64,000 bases of DNA, from NCBI GenBank assembly GCA_040900375.1, contig JBBDZC010000008.1:2182-66181 (forward strand), written 5' to 3'. The position numbers were made by a program, and so were the translations under genes. This stretch comes from Candidatus Anderseniibacteriota bacterium (GTDB taxonomy: Bacteria > Patescibacteriota > Andersenbacteria > UBA10190). The notes under the pieces were generated by a model that searched no databases, was not told the DNA's origin, and saw nothing but the letters and a program-made list of their open reading frames with translations. Positions 33,637 to 43,596 of this stretch are shown in pieces (positions within the stretch are counted from its first letter, which is position 1; each line of letters begins with the position of its first letter).

Positions 33637-35598
33637 ATGAAACGTAATTTGCGGACCAGAAATACCCTCAAGATAGTCGATCTCCAGCGGGAACTGGGGC
33701 TATCTGACCAGCGCCTGCAGAGCACCCTGCGGGTAATCGGGATACGCCTCGAAGAGGGTCAAAAGAACCTCGATCAGAATGAGGCTGGCCGCATTCGCCA
33801 ATACTTGAACGAGCAACGCCGCCGCGAAGAGCTCAAGTCACAGAAAATTACGTTACCCTCGATCGTCAAAGTCCAAGATTTTGCCAAGGCGCTGGAGCTC
33901 TCGGTGGGTGATGTTTTAGGGGTGCTGCTGAAGAATGGCGTCATGGCTAACTTGAATGATGACATTGACTACGATACGGCAGCTATTATTGCGGAAGATT
34001 TAGGCTACCGCACCGAAGAGAGTGTGGAGGCCCTTGAGAAAGATATTTTAACTCCAGAAAAATTGGAGGAAATATTAAAAAAAGAAGACCCACAACACCA
34101 AGTGGCACGCCCCCCGGTGGTGACCATTATGGGTCACGTGGACCACGGCAAAACAACGCTGCTCGATACTATCCGCTCGGCTAACGTCGCGGCTAAAGAA
34201 GCAGGTGGGATTACGCAAGCCATTAGTGGCTACCAAGTCGAGCATCACGGCCGGGTCATTACCTTTATCGACACGCCGGGTCATGAAACCTTTGAGTTTA
34301 TGCGGCAGCGCGGCGCTTCCCTCGCCGATATTGCGATTTTGGTAGTGGCGGCTGACGACGGCGTCAAACCGCAAACGGTGGAAGCCATCCGCCACGCGCG
34401 CACCGCCGGAGTACCAATTATTGTGGCAATTAATAAGATTGATAAAGAAGCGGCGAATATTGATAAAGTTAAAAAAGAATTGGCGAGCCACGAGCTCATG
34501 CCAGAAGAGTGGGGTGGAAAAACAGTGATGGTGCCCATCTCTGCTTTGCAAAATCAAGGGATTGCGGAACTCCTTGAGATGATCATCCTCACGGCTGATA
34601 TTCTCAAACCGCAAGCTAATCCGATCCGGGGGGCCCTGGGAAGTGTCGTCGAAAGTCGCTTAGATAAAAACTTAGGCCCCCTGGCGACAATTTTAATTCA
34701 TACGGGCACACTTAAAACCGGCGACGAAGTAGTGGTAGGACGCACTACCGGCCGTGTCCGACGAATGATGGACTTTCGGGGCAAAGCCACAAACCAGGCT
34801 ACCCCGTCAATGCCGGTAGCGATTGTCGGCTTAGAAAATGTCCCGAATGCAGGTGACATCTTACAGGCGGTGGAAGAACGAGGCGAGGCGAAACAAAAAG
34901 CGTCGCAGCGCCGGGCACCGGTCAAATCAATGAGCAAGAGCGACGAAGGGGACACTCGGCAAACATTGGCCTTAGTGATTAAAGCTGATTCCCATGGCTC
35001 TCTGGAAGCCCTCCAGCAAACGATCAAAGCGATGGTACCTGCTGATGTCCGTCTCTCGATCATTCGGGCGGAAGTAGGCGCCGTGTCTGACTCTGATGTT
35101 CTGACCGCCTACGCCGCGCAAGCAATTATCTATGCCTTCAATACTAAAATCGGTGGCATGGCGCAGAAACTAGCAGATAAAGAGCATGTGTCGGTGAAGA
35201 GCTTTGACGTCATCTATCAATTATCAGAAGACGTGCGCCAAGAGATTGAACAACGCCTACCAGTTGATATTGTGCGCACTGACCTAGGAAATCTGAAAGT
35301 CCTCAAAGTTTTCTTCTCGATTCAGAAACGGAAAATTATTGGCGCCGAGGTTGCTTCCGGCACGGTGGAAAAAGAGGCAAAGGCAATTCTATGGCGCAAG
35401 GAAAACAAAGATAAGGTTCAGATCGGACAAGGTATCATTACAGAGATGCAACGGGAGAAGCGCGCGATCACGAAAGCCCAGCAGGGCGATCAAATTGGTT
35501 TAACCTATGAAGGTAAGGGGAAAATTAAGGCAGGCGATATTCTTGAAGTGTACCGGGAAGAGAAAATCCGGCGTGATCCCAACGCCGCCGCACTGTAA
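33637..35598 (+). CDS. infB: translation initiation factor IF-2
   Basis: RPPVVTIMGHVDHGKTTLLD, DTPGHE.F, NKID. Confidence 0.98.
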   Translation: MKRNLRTRNTLKIVDLQRELGLSDQRLQSTLRVIGIRLEEGQKNLDQNEAGRIRQYLNEQRRREELKSQKITLPSIVKVQDFAKALELSVGDVLGVLLKNGVMANLNDDIDYDTAAIIAEDLGYRTEESVEALEKDILTPEKLEEILKKEDPQHQVARPPVVTIMGHVDHGKTTLLDTIRSANVAAKEAGGITQAISGYQVEHHGRVITFIDTPGHETFEFMRQRGASLADIAILVVAADDGVKPQTVEAIRHARTAGVPIIVAINKIDKEAANIDKVKKELASHELMPEEWGGKTVMVPISALQNQGIAELLEMIILTADILKPQANPIRGALGSVVESRLDKNLGPLATILIHTGTLKTGDEVVVGRTTGRVRRMMDFRGKATNQATPSMPVAIVGLENVPNAGDILQAVEERGEAKQKASQRRAPVKSMSKSDEGDTRQTLALVIKADSHGSLEALQQTIKAMVPADVRLSIIRAEVGAVSDSDVLTAYAAQAIIYAFNTKIGGMAQKLADKEHVSVKSFDVIYQLSEDVRQEIEQRLPVDIVRTDLGNLKVLKVFFSIQKRKIIGAEVASGTVEKEAKAILWRKENKDKVQIGQGIITEMQREKRAITKAQQGDQIGLTYEGKGKIKAGDILEVYREEKIRRDPNAAAL

Positions 35599-35643
35599 TC
35601 AATCGCCGGACAGTGACTAAATTTTCTGGGAAATTTTCTTACG

Positions 35644-36018
35644 ATGTCTCGTCGTCTTCAAAAAGTTAATAAACATCTCCAGCGAACGTTTGGCGAGATT
35701 TTGCAGCGGGAGGCAGAGCTGCCACCCAATGTACTGGTGACAATTGCCCGCGTGGATACCAGCTACAACCTCAAATCAGCGACAGTGTGGTTGTATGTGT
35801 ATCCCCTTGAACAAGCCGAGGCCACCTTAGCCCAACTCACCCATCAACTCTATGAACTCCAGGGTATTCTCAACCGCACCCTTGACTTTCGGCCACTGCC
35901 TCGCCTATTGTTACGGATTGATTATGGCGCCCAACATGCCGAAAATATCGAGTGCAAGCTGGCCGAAATTAAAAAAGCCGACCACGAGCCTCCAGGCACA
36001 CCACCAGCCAATCGTTAA
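35644..36018 (+). CDS. rbfA: ribosome-binding factor A
   Basis: MSRRLQKVN.....; VTI..V.TS.NL..A.V; P.L...D; follows infB. Confidence 0.9.
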   Translation: MSRRLQKVNKHLQRTFGEILQREAELPPNVLVTIARVDTSYNLKSATVWLYVYPLEQAEATLAQLTHQLYELQGILNRTLDFRPLPRLLLRIDYGAQHAENIECKLAEIKKADHEPPGTPPANR

Positions 36019-36979
36019 GGCTATAGTTGAGCGCCTACGGCAAGCCAGGCGAGTGTTAATTGGCACGCATGAACACCCCGATGGCGACGCTGTGGGCGCC
36101 TCGTTAGCGCTGCTGCACGCACTGCGCCTGCAGGGGAAACATGTAACGGCATATATCCCTGACCCGGCGCCAGAGTTTCTCCAATTTCTTCCTGGCTTTG
36201 AAGAGTTGACCACTCAACCACCCGTTGTTGCTGACTATGATCTGATTGTCGTGCTCGATTACACCCAGCTGTACCGGACGCATTTAGAAGACGCGGTGTT
36301 ACAGCATCCCAACACTATCTGTATTGACCACCACTACGACAACAAAGGCCAAGCCACAATCAATCTCATTGTCCCTGAAGCAGCCGCCACGGCCCAGATA
36401 CTCACTGAATTTTTCCAAATCACTGGAGTACCGATTACCAAAGATATGGCAACTTGCCTCCTCACGGGTATCTTCACTGATACTGGTTCATTCATGCATG
36501 ACTCGACGACCCCAGAAATTTTAGAACTTGCCTCCTACCTGATGAGTAAAGGGGCGCGGCTGTCACATATCGCTCACGAGACGTACCAAAAAAAAGACCT
36601 GCCGAGCTTGCGGATCTGGGGGCGCGCGCTCTCCCGTGTGATTGTTAATGAAACGACCGGGGCAGCGGTCTCCATTATTACTGTCCGCGACTTGCAAGAA
36701 TGCGGGGCCACACTTGATGACCTCTCGGGGGTTGTTAATCTCCTCAACACCCTCCCGCAGAGTAAATTTGCGATGCTGCTGGCCGAATATGAGCCAGGAA
36801 AGATAAAGGGGAGCTTGCGTAGTGAACCCCATAAGAAAGTTGATGTGAGTGCCATTGCTGCCCGCTTGGGTGGCGGGGGGCATAAATTAGCCAGTGGTTT
36901 TGAAGTGGAAGGGCATATTGTGCAGCGGCAGGGACAATGGCGTATTGTGGCCACGAACGGGTTAGACAGTAAGCAATAA
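35936..36979 (+). CDS. nrnA: DHH-family oligoribonuclease/pAp phosphatase NrnA
   Basis: H..PDGDA.G, LD, IDHH, TDTG.F, SLRS, GGGGH..ASG; start uncertain. Confidence 0.9.
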   Translation: MPKISSASWPKLKKPTTSLQAHHQPIVKAIVERLRQARRVLIGTHEHPDGDAVGASLALLHALRLQGKHVTAYIPDPAPEFLQFLPGFEELTTQPPVVADYDLIVVLDYTQLYRTHLEDAVLQHPNTICIDHHYDNKGQATINLIVPEAAATAQILTEFFQITGVPITKDMATCLLTGIFTDTGSFMHDSTTPEILELASYLMSKGARLSHIAHETYQKKDLPSLRIWGRALSRVIVNETTGAAVSIITVRDLQECGATLDDLSGVVNLLNTLPQSKFAMLLAEYEPGKIKGSLRSEPHKKVDVSAIAARLGGGGHKLASGFEVEGHIVQRQGQWRIVATNGLDSKQ

Positions 36980-37030
36980 TTGGCAGTCAACAAGGTTACG
37001 AATTATGAGTTACCGATTACTATTGTAGGT

Positions 37031-37825
37031 ATGAGATTTCTCATTTTTGGTGACGTCGTGGGTCGGCCAGGCCGGGCGGCGGTTAGTAAAGTCTTGCCCG
37101 AGCTACAAGCAGAGTATCGGCCCGACAGCGTTATTATTAATATTGAGAATATTGCGCACGGCACAGGTGTCTCACCGGCCACAATGACTGAAGCGCTGTC
37201 GTGGGGCGCCGATGTGTACACGACGGGCGACCATGCTTGGGATAATAAAGCGGGCCTCGGCGTACTGGAGGATAAAAAAATGCCGCTGGTGCGGCCTGCC
37301 AACTATCCGCCGGGTGTCCCGGGGCGAGGCTACCACCTCTTTACCAAAGGAGCGGTGACGGTAGCCGTAATTAATCTCCAGGGCCAGGTCTTCTTTAAGA
37401 ATCATCCGCTCAATCCTTTTCACTACTTGGATAGTCTCTTGCAACAGGCAGATATCCAGCAAGCGGCCATTACCCTGGTAGACTTTCACGCCGAGGCCAC
37501 GAGTGAGAAGCGCGCACTCGCCTGGCACGTTGACGGACGCTTGAGTGCGCTGTGGGGCACGCACACCCATGTGCCCACTGCTGATGCCCAGATATTGCCG
37601 CAGGGGACAGGGTACATCTCGGACGTAGGCATGAATGGGAACCATCATTCCATCTTAGGAGTGGATACGCCCGGGCCACTGCGGCGCTTCCTTCTCCAAA
37701 CGCCCGTTAGTTTCTCCTATGAGCAGGGAGGGGCCGTCGAAGTGGGCGCGGTGGTCCTGGACGTTGATCCGCGCGAGGGGCACGCGACAAACATTGCACA
37801 TATTCGAAAAATCATGAATGCTTAA
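37031..37825 (+). CDS. ymdB: YmdB-family metallophosphoesterase
   Basis: GDVVG.PGR, N.EN, RPANYP, DFHAEATSEK, GTHTHVPTAD, DVGM.G. Confidence 0.93.
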   Translation: MRFLIFGDVVGRPGRAAVSKVLPELQAEYRPDSVIINIENIAHGTGVSPATMTEALSWGADVYTTGDHAWDNKAGLGVLEDKKMPLVRPANYPPGVPGRGYHLFTKGAVTVAVINLQGQVFFKNHPLNPFHYLDSLLQQADIQQAAITLVDFHAEATSEKRALAWHVDGRLSALWGTHTHVPTADAQILPQGTGYISDVGMNGNHHSILGVDTPGPLRRFLLQTPVSFSYEQGGAVEVGAVVLDVDPREGHATNIAHIRKIMNA

Positions 37826-37867
37826 GGTAGACATTTATCCTTAACGGAGCCAAAAAGGAAGCGACCT

Positions 37868-38146
37868 ATGATTAATAAACAAGATCTTATTGATAAAGTA
37901 ACAGACGCTACGCGACTGGCTCGCAAGGACGTCGAAGAAGTCATCAATACCTTCCTCGATCTCATGATTGAAAAGCTATCAATGAATGAGAAAATTAACC
38001 TGACCGGTTTCGGCGCCTTTGAAGTCAAAGAGCGCAAGGGGCGACCAGGAGTTAATCCACGCAATCCTAATGAACGTATTGCTATCCCTTCCGTACGAGT
38101 AGCAAAATTTCGCCCGGGTAAAACTCTCAAAGAAAACGTCAAGTAG
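37868..38146 (+). CDS. hup: DNA-binding protein HU
   Basis: NK.DLI, GFG.F, G.NP, KFRPGK.LK. Confidence 0.95.
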   Translation: MINKQDLIDKVTDATRLARKDVEEVINTFLDLMIEKLSMNEKINLTGFGAFEVKERKGRPGVNPRNPNERIAIPSVRVAKFRPGKTLKENVK

Positions 38147-38206
38147 GCAGTTGCCAGGAGTTGCCAAACAGGCACGGAAACGATATACAAAGAAGCACCG
38201 ATTAAA

Positions 38207-38277
38207 CGGGGTGTCGTATACCGGTAGTACGCATGCTTTGGGAGCATGTAGACTGGGTTCAATTCCCAGCACCCCGA
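38207..38277 (+). tRNA. tRNA-Pro(TGG), CCA not encoded
   Basis: CGGGGTG/CACCCCG; CATGC-TTTGGGA-GCATG. Confidence 0.95.
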
Positions 38278-38548
38278 CACTGCATTCCTCTCTTTATTTT
38301 TAGTGCTGTGTGATATGCAAGTTTTTACACTAGGGAGTCCCGCGGCCCGCTAGACACTAAAAATAAAGAAACTCATGTCATGTAAATAAAAGGCGCTATG
38401 ATTGATTCCCGCCTTCGCGTGGCCTAAGCTCGCTTCGGCGAGGCGACGGCCCGCGGCGCGGCTGTCGAAAAGATAAGCTCACAGGAATGAAAGAAGAATG
38501 TTCTTGATCTCCTGACACTATCAGGTTTGGGAGCGTAGGGGTAAACTG

Positions 38549-38941
38549 ATGGTAGTTATGATCTCTGGTTCTCTCATTAATCTCATTATCTTAGCCGTTC
38601 TCATCGTCTCTTTGCTCTATATTCTCCAGGCTGAAGGCGGCGTCGCGGCTGTGCCTAAAATTCTGCAACGCCTTAACCTTGATCCGCAGTGGTGGGAGTG
38701 GTTGAAGGTGCCTACCCGTATGAGCGCGCCGGCATCATCCCAGCCGCGGTCGTATACTTCGGGGGAATCTCGCTTTAGTTGGGGCAACTGCACGCAAGAT
38801 AGCGACTGTCGCATTACGGGTTGTTCGGGTGAGGTGTGTAGTGTTACTCCCAAAGTTACCACCTGTGAGTTTGATGATAGTTTCCCCAATGTCCAGGGAT
38901 TACATTGTGGGTGTGTCAAAGACAAGTGCGGCTGGCAGTAG
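38549..38941 (+). CDS. membrane-anchored eight-cysteine-cluster-like protein
   Basis: C..DSDC...GCSG.VC.....TTCE.....C.C....C.W (7 Cys). Confidence 0.75.
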   Translation: MVVMISGSLINLIILAVLIVSLLYILQAEGGVAAVPKILQRLNLDPQWWEWLKVPTRMSAPASSQPRSYTSGESRFSWGNCTQDSDCRITGCSGEVCSVTPKVTTCEFDDSFPNVQGLHCGCVKDKCGWQ

Positions 38942-38996
38942 AGGAGAGCCTTAAGATTGACGGGAGTAATAATTTTGCGTACATAAAGACAGGTAC

Positions 38997-39067
38997 GCGG
39001 GTATCGTATAATGGCATTACCACAGGTTTCCAACCTGTTGACAGGGGTTCGATTCCCCTTACCCGCT
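38997..39067 (+). tRNA. tRNA-Gly(TCC), CCA not encoded
   Basis: GCGGGTA/TACCCGC; ACAGG-TTTCCAA-CCTGT. Confidence 0.95.
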
Positions 39068-39212
39068 CCCTTCTCTTCACCTTTCGCTGCCATTTCAGAC
39101 GACGAAGGACAAATACTTATTTATAGAATATATTTTTCACCGCTCATTACAGAGAAGTGAAAATGAGAGCTGCTGACTAGTTCCGGAGAAGTGATTACTC
39201 TATACTATCCCC

Positions 39213-39626
39213 ATGCGCCACGGCCGCTACGGTACATCACACTTACTACTACGCTTGGGTCTCGGGCTGACCTTCCTTTGGATTGGAATCGACATGTGGC
39301 GCCATCCTGATATGTGGATTGGCTACTTGCCGACGAGTCTGCCGCTCGGCATGAGTCGGGAAGACGGATTAAAACTCACGGCTCTGTTGGATGTTGCCAT
39401 TGGCATCCTCTTGATCGTCAATAAATTTCCCCGCGCCACGGCTCTTCTTGCCTCACTCCACTTAGCAGGCATTTTAATCATCCACGGGATTGATGCGGTC
39501 ACCATTCGCGACGTGGGACTGTTTGGGTTAAGCCTCGCTCTCTTGTTTTGGCCGCAGCACGGATACCGCAAACACTGGTGGCAACGGCTATTCAAGCGCC
39601 GACGGCGCGGGGAATTTGAGGAGTAA
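39213..39626 (+). CDS. DoxX-family membrane protein
   Basis: LLRLGLG..F.W.G; RDVGL. Confidence 0.8.
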   Translation: MRHGRYGTSHLLLRLGLGLTFLWIGIDMWRHPDMWIGYLPTSLPLGMSREDGLKLTALLDVAIGILLIVNKFPRATALLASLHLAGILIIHGIDAVTIRDVGLFGLSLALLFWPQHGYRKHWWQRLFKRRRRGEFEE

Positions 39627-39667
39627 AATTACTTTTTTTGCAGCCGTGGCGCGGGGGCGCCGCATTG

Positions 39668-41077
39668 TTAATACAGGCCGAGCGGATTGACAGGGCGACC
39701 ACCTTTGCGGACTTCGAAGTGCAAGTGGGGGCCACTGGAACGGCCGGTGGAACCCATCTGCCCAATGGCCGCGCCCTTGGCTAGCTGCGCGCCCTTGCTA
39801 ACATAAAATTTATCGAGATGCGCGTAGTAGGTTTGGGTCCCGCCACCGTGGTTCATGATGATCAGGTTACCATAGCCTCCCATCCAACCAGCAAACTCAA
39901 TCGTCCCGGGGAGGGCCGCATAGATGGCAGGGCGGGAGCGGCTATCAATATCAATACCCGTATGGCCCCAACGGAAGTACTGGGAAATATGCTTCGTTGT
40001 GGTCGGCCACAGTAAACCTTCGCCAATGCCCTGGGCAGGTTCGGGAGTAGGGCCATCATCGGCATCGCGAGAAGCTACGCGCGTTGTCTGGGAGACAATT
40101 TGCGGGGCATTGACGGGAGCAATGTACCCGTCAGGCACAATCAACTTTTGGCCAATGCTTAACTTAGCCCCTTCGCCCAGGCTATTGTAACTTAAGATTT
40201 CGCCTGCTTGGGTATCATACTTTTCGGCAATCGCGGAGACTGTGTCACCGGAGCGGACTGTATGTAAGACACCGGTCGTGGGTAAAATAGTGAGGTAATC
40301 ACCCACTTTAAGAACCGCACGGCTATTTAATCCATTCGCCCAGAGAATAGTATTGGCACTGATGTCAAACTTGGCCGCGATAGTGGCAATAGTATCGTCC
40401 TCCACCACTGTATAAACTTGGGAACTTTTGCCGACCCGCCGGGGAGGAAGTTCTTCACTGCCCGGTTCGGGGACAAGCGGATTCAGCGGGCCCACCACCG
40501 CATTCCCACCTAAGGCACCAGCAAAATCTACTTCAGGATCGTCAAACGTAATAATATCAACACCCTCATCGGACGCCACGGCCGCCAGACGCGCCCCGCC
40601 GACTCCAGGCGTGTCGGTCTGAGCATAGGCAGAAGGATCAAGAGGGCCTTCGATCACTTCCTCACCCGACACCAGGGTATAGAGCAGGGAGCTACGATCA
40701 GCCCCAGTTGTTAGTTGACTGTGTCCGGCGATGCCTAAAACGAGCGATAAAAAAATTCCGTGCACGATGACACGTTTTGTTACTAGATTCGGCCACTGGC
40801 GAGGCGTAACACGAGGCAGCCGCTTTATCAGATGTTGCTCAACTACGATGTAGAAGTAGTAAGCAGCACGATAGACACGGTAGCCGCTTTTCCTGATACG
40901 GTGATACAGTATGCGGACAGACAGCCAGGCAGTAAGGGAGGAGATCCCTCGCCGTGATGACACAACTGTGTTCAGGTGATGAGCCGAAGTTTTACCCTCG
41001 ATCTCTGATGATTGAGTATGAATACCTAAAGCCTTTCTTATGGGATGTGGCCCCTCACCAGACTCTTTCAACCACAA
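39668..41077 (-). CDS. LysM x2 plus M23 peptidoglycan peptidase
   Basis: Two LysM repeats, HTGID, Y.HL, GSTGRS.GPHLHFE; real start probably further downstream. Confidence 0.92.
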   Translation of the reverse strand: MWLKESGEGPHPIRKALGIHTQSSEIEGKTSAHHLNTVVSSRRGISSLTAWLSVRILYHRIRKSGYRVYRAAYYFYIVVEQHLIKRLPRVTPRQWPNLVTKRVIVHGIFLSLVLGIAGHSQLTTGADRSSLLYTLVSGEEVIEGPLDPSAYAQTDTPGVGGARLAAVASDEGVDIITFDDPEVDFAGALGGNAVVGPLNPLVPEPGSEELPPRRVGKSSQVYTVVEDDTIATIAAKFDISANTILWANGLNSRAVLKVGDYLTILPTTGVLHTVRSGDTVSAIAEKYDTQAGEILSYNSLGEGAKLSIGQKLIVPDGYIAPVNAPQIVSQTTRVASRDADDGPTPEPAQGIGEGLLWPTTTKHISQYFRWGHTGIDIDSRSRPAIYAALPGTIEFAGWMGGYGNLIIMNHGGGTQTYYAHLDKFYVSKGAQLAKGAAIGQMGSTGRSSGPHLHFEVRKGGRPVNPLGLY

Positions 41078-41476
41078 ACATCCACGTGAAGCTTAAAGAA
41101 AGGTTTGTTTTACGATGTTGGTTTCGGACTCTGCCTTTTCTGTAGTGTCAACTAGGGCTGGCAGTTAACAAGAGGGAATTGTACGCGAGAAGCCCGACCA
41201 GTCAACATTGACTACCGTTGCACTATGTTGTCCTTTAGGCTCCTCAAGAATATTTTTCCTGCTCTCCTTCCTTAACTTGGGTCATTTTTGGCTATTCCTC
41301 TACTTTCCACAATGTGGATAAATAGTCGTCAAGGGGTATCCTTTATTGATCGATTTAGATAATTATTCATCTGACGGTCAGATTCTGTACATTCGCACCA
41401 ACAGTTTCCCAGCCCCCACGACAACTGGGGAAGAAGAAAACAATCAAGAGGGTAAAGCTTGCGCTACACTAGAGCG

Positions 41477-43576
41477 ATGCCAGAAGATTTGCTCGCCTCT
41501 CTCAATGACAAGCAGCAACAAGTAGTCCAGGCAACTAATGGGCCGGTCTTAGTTTTGGCGGGAGCAGGCTCGGGCAAGACACGGGCGTTAACGCACCGGA
41601 TTGCTTATCTACTAGCCCAACGTCTGGCTCAAGCCGAAGAAATTATGGCTGTCACGTTTACTAATAAAGCAGCCCGGGAGATGCGCGAGCGCGTGGCGCA
41701 GTTGGTGGGCCAACCTCACGTCCCGCCAGCGATTGGTACGTTTCATAGCCTCGGCGCTCGACTCCTGCGAACCCACTACCGCGCTACAAATCGCTCGGCT
41801 AGCTTTACGATCTGTGATACGAATGACAGTGAACAACTGATTAAAAAAGCTCTGCATGAGCAGGGTTTGAGTTCTAAAGAATGGCAACCGCGCACTATCC
41901 GACAAGAGATTTCTCGTGCTAAAAATACACTGCTCACCCCGGCAGAGATGAGTGATAAGAGCGCGAGCCCACTGGAGGAGGTGGTGGCGATCATCTACAC
42001 CCGCTACCAAGCTCTCTTGCAGCGCAATGATGCGTATGATTTTGATGATCTCATTGGAGAAGCAATTCGGCTCTTGGCGGGGCATGACCAGATTCGCCAG
42101 TTATACCGGCAGCGCTGGCGCTATCTCTCGGTTGATGAGTACCAAGATACCAATGCTTCACAAGAACATCTTTTGCAACTACTAACAGGTCCAGAAAAAA
42201 ATCTCTGCGTGGTGGGCGATGACTACCAAGCGATCTATTCCTGGCGGGGCGCCCAGGTCGATCATATCCTACGCTTTGCGGAAACATGGGCACCCTGTAC
42301 GACAATTTACCTTACCCAGAATTATCGTTCGACACCCTCGATTTTGCAGGCCGCCAATCACATTATTGCGGAAAATACGGCGCAGAAACACAAAAAATTA
42401 TGGACGGCGCAGCGAGCGGGGCCGCCCGTGGTTGTGCTAGCGCTCTCGTCAGACCAGGCCGAAGCTATCTGGGTTCGGCAGCAAATTGAGCAACACATAG
42501 CTGCCGGCAAGCGGGCAGCAGAGTGGGTGATTTTGTATCGTACCAATGCCCAGTCACGCTTACTTGAAGAACAGTTCATCAGACACCGCCTGGCTTACAC
42601 TATTATCGGTGGCTTTCGCTTCTATGATCGCCGGGAAGTTAAAGATGCCATGGCTTTGCTCCAGCTCTGGGTCAACCCGGCCGCCAGTTTGGCGCTCCAA
42701 CGACTGATACGCTCTCTTGGACCGGGCATTGGGCCAAAGACGCTGCAACGCTTGGAACTTCAGGCCGAGAGGCTCCGCCTGCCCCTCCTTGATACAGTTG
42801 CTCAACCTGGTGTCGCCACGAAGCGCCAACAAACCGTCTTAGCCGTATTGCGCACTGCTTTCCAGCGAGCACGAGACCAGCAGTTTGCCACGGTCGCTGA
42901 TCTCCTACAGTATCTCGTCCAGACCTCGGGATATCGCACCTGGCTCCAACAGCAGAGTGATGGTCAAGAACGCTGGGAAAACATCGAAGAGCTTTTTAAT
43001 GTGGCTGCACTCTCCACCGACGTCCGCCAATTCGTCGAGGAGATTGCCTTGATGAGTGATCTCGATGAAGCGGCCACCGACGACCGTGTCACCTGCATGA
43101 CTTTGCATGCCGCAAAGGGTCTGGAGTTTAACCATGTCTGTATCGTCGGGTGCGAAGAAGGTCTCTTGCCCCATAACAATAGCTTCGGTACACTCACAGC
43201 CTTAGAAGAAGAGCGGCGGCTGCTCTATGTTGGCATGACCCGTGCCAAAGCTTCTCTGACATTAACCCATGCCGCGACGCGAGCCGTGCGCGGTGAAGTT
43301 CTCCCCCAGGCACCGTCGCGATTCTTACAAGCGTTACCGGCAGCGGTCCAGTGGCATGACACGGCTGACACCCCAACTCAACACGATGATTTTGGCCTTC
43401 AGTATGGCGGCACTAGTGAGCCAGTCAGTATCGGACTGGACGTGGGCGATTTTGTTACCCATCCGGTATTTGGGCGAGGCGTAGTAATTCAAACGGCGGG
43501 GACGTTGCTGACGTGCGTGTTTCAAGGATATGGTGTGAAAACAATCGACAGTGGGATTATACCTTTACTTAAGTGA
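41477..43576 (+). CDS. pcrA: ATP-dependent DNA helicase PcrA/UvrD
   Basis: AGAGSGKT, TFTNKAA.EM, DEYQD, VGDD.Q.IY.WRG, NYRS, T.HAAKGLEF, EERRL.YV..TRA. Confidence 0.96.
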   Translation: MPEDLLASLNDKQQQVVQATNGPVLVLAGAGSGKTRALTHRIAYLLAQRLAQAEEIMAVTFTNKAAREMRERVAQLVGQPHVPPAIGTFHSLGARLLRTHYRATNRSASFTICDTNDSEQLIKKALHEQGLSSKEWQPRTIRQEISRAKNTLLTPAEMSDKSASPLEEVVAIIYTRYQALLQRNDAYDFDDLIGEAIRLLAGHDQIRQLYRQRWRYLSVDEYQDTNASQEHLLQLLTGPEKNLCVVGDDYQAIYSWRGAQVDHILRFAETWAPCTTIYLTQNYRSTPSILQAANHIIAENTAQKHKKLWTAQRAGPPVVVLALSSDQAEAIWVRQQIEQHIAAGKRAAEWVILYRTNAQSRLLEEQFIRHRLAYTIIGGFRFYDRREVKDAMALLQLWVNPAASLALQRLIRSLGPGIGPKTLQRLELQAERLRLPLLDTVAQPGVATKRQQTVLAVLRTAFQRARDQQFATVADLLQYLVQTSGYRTWLQQQSDGQERWENIEELFNVAALSTDVRQFVEEIALMSDLDEAATDDRVTCMTLHAAKGLEFNHVCIVGCEEGLLPHNNSFGTLTALEEERRLLYVGMTRAKASLTLTHAATRAVRGEVLPQAPSRFLQALPAAVQWHDTADTPTQHDDFGLQYGGTSEPVSIGLDVGDFVTHPVFGRGVVIQTAGTLLTCVFQGYGVKTIDSGIIPLLK

Positions 43577-43596
43577 CCTCGCGTTTCACCTGATGT

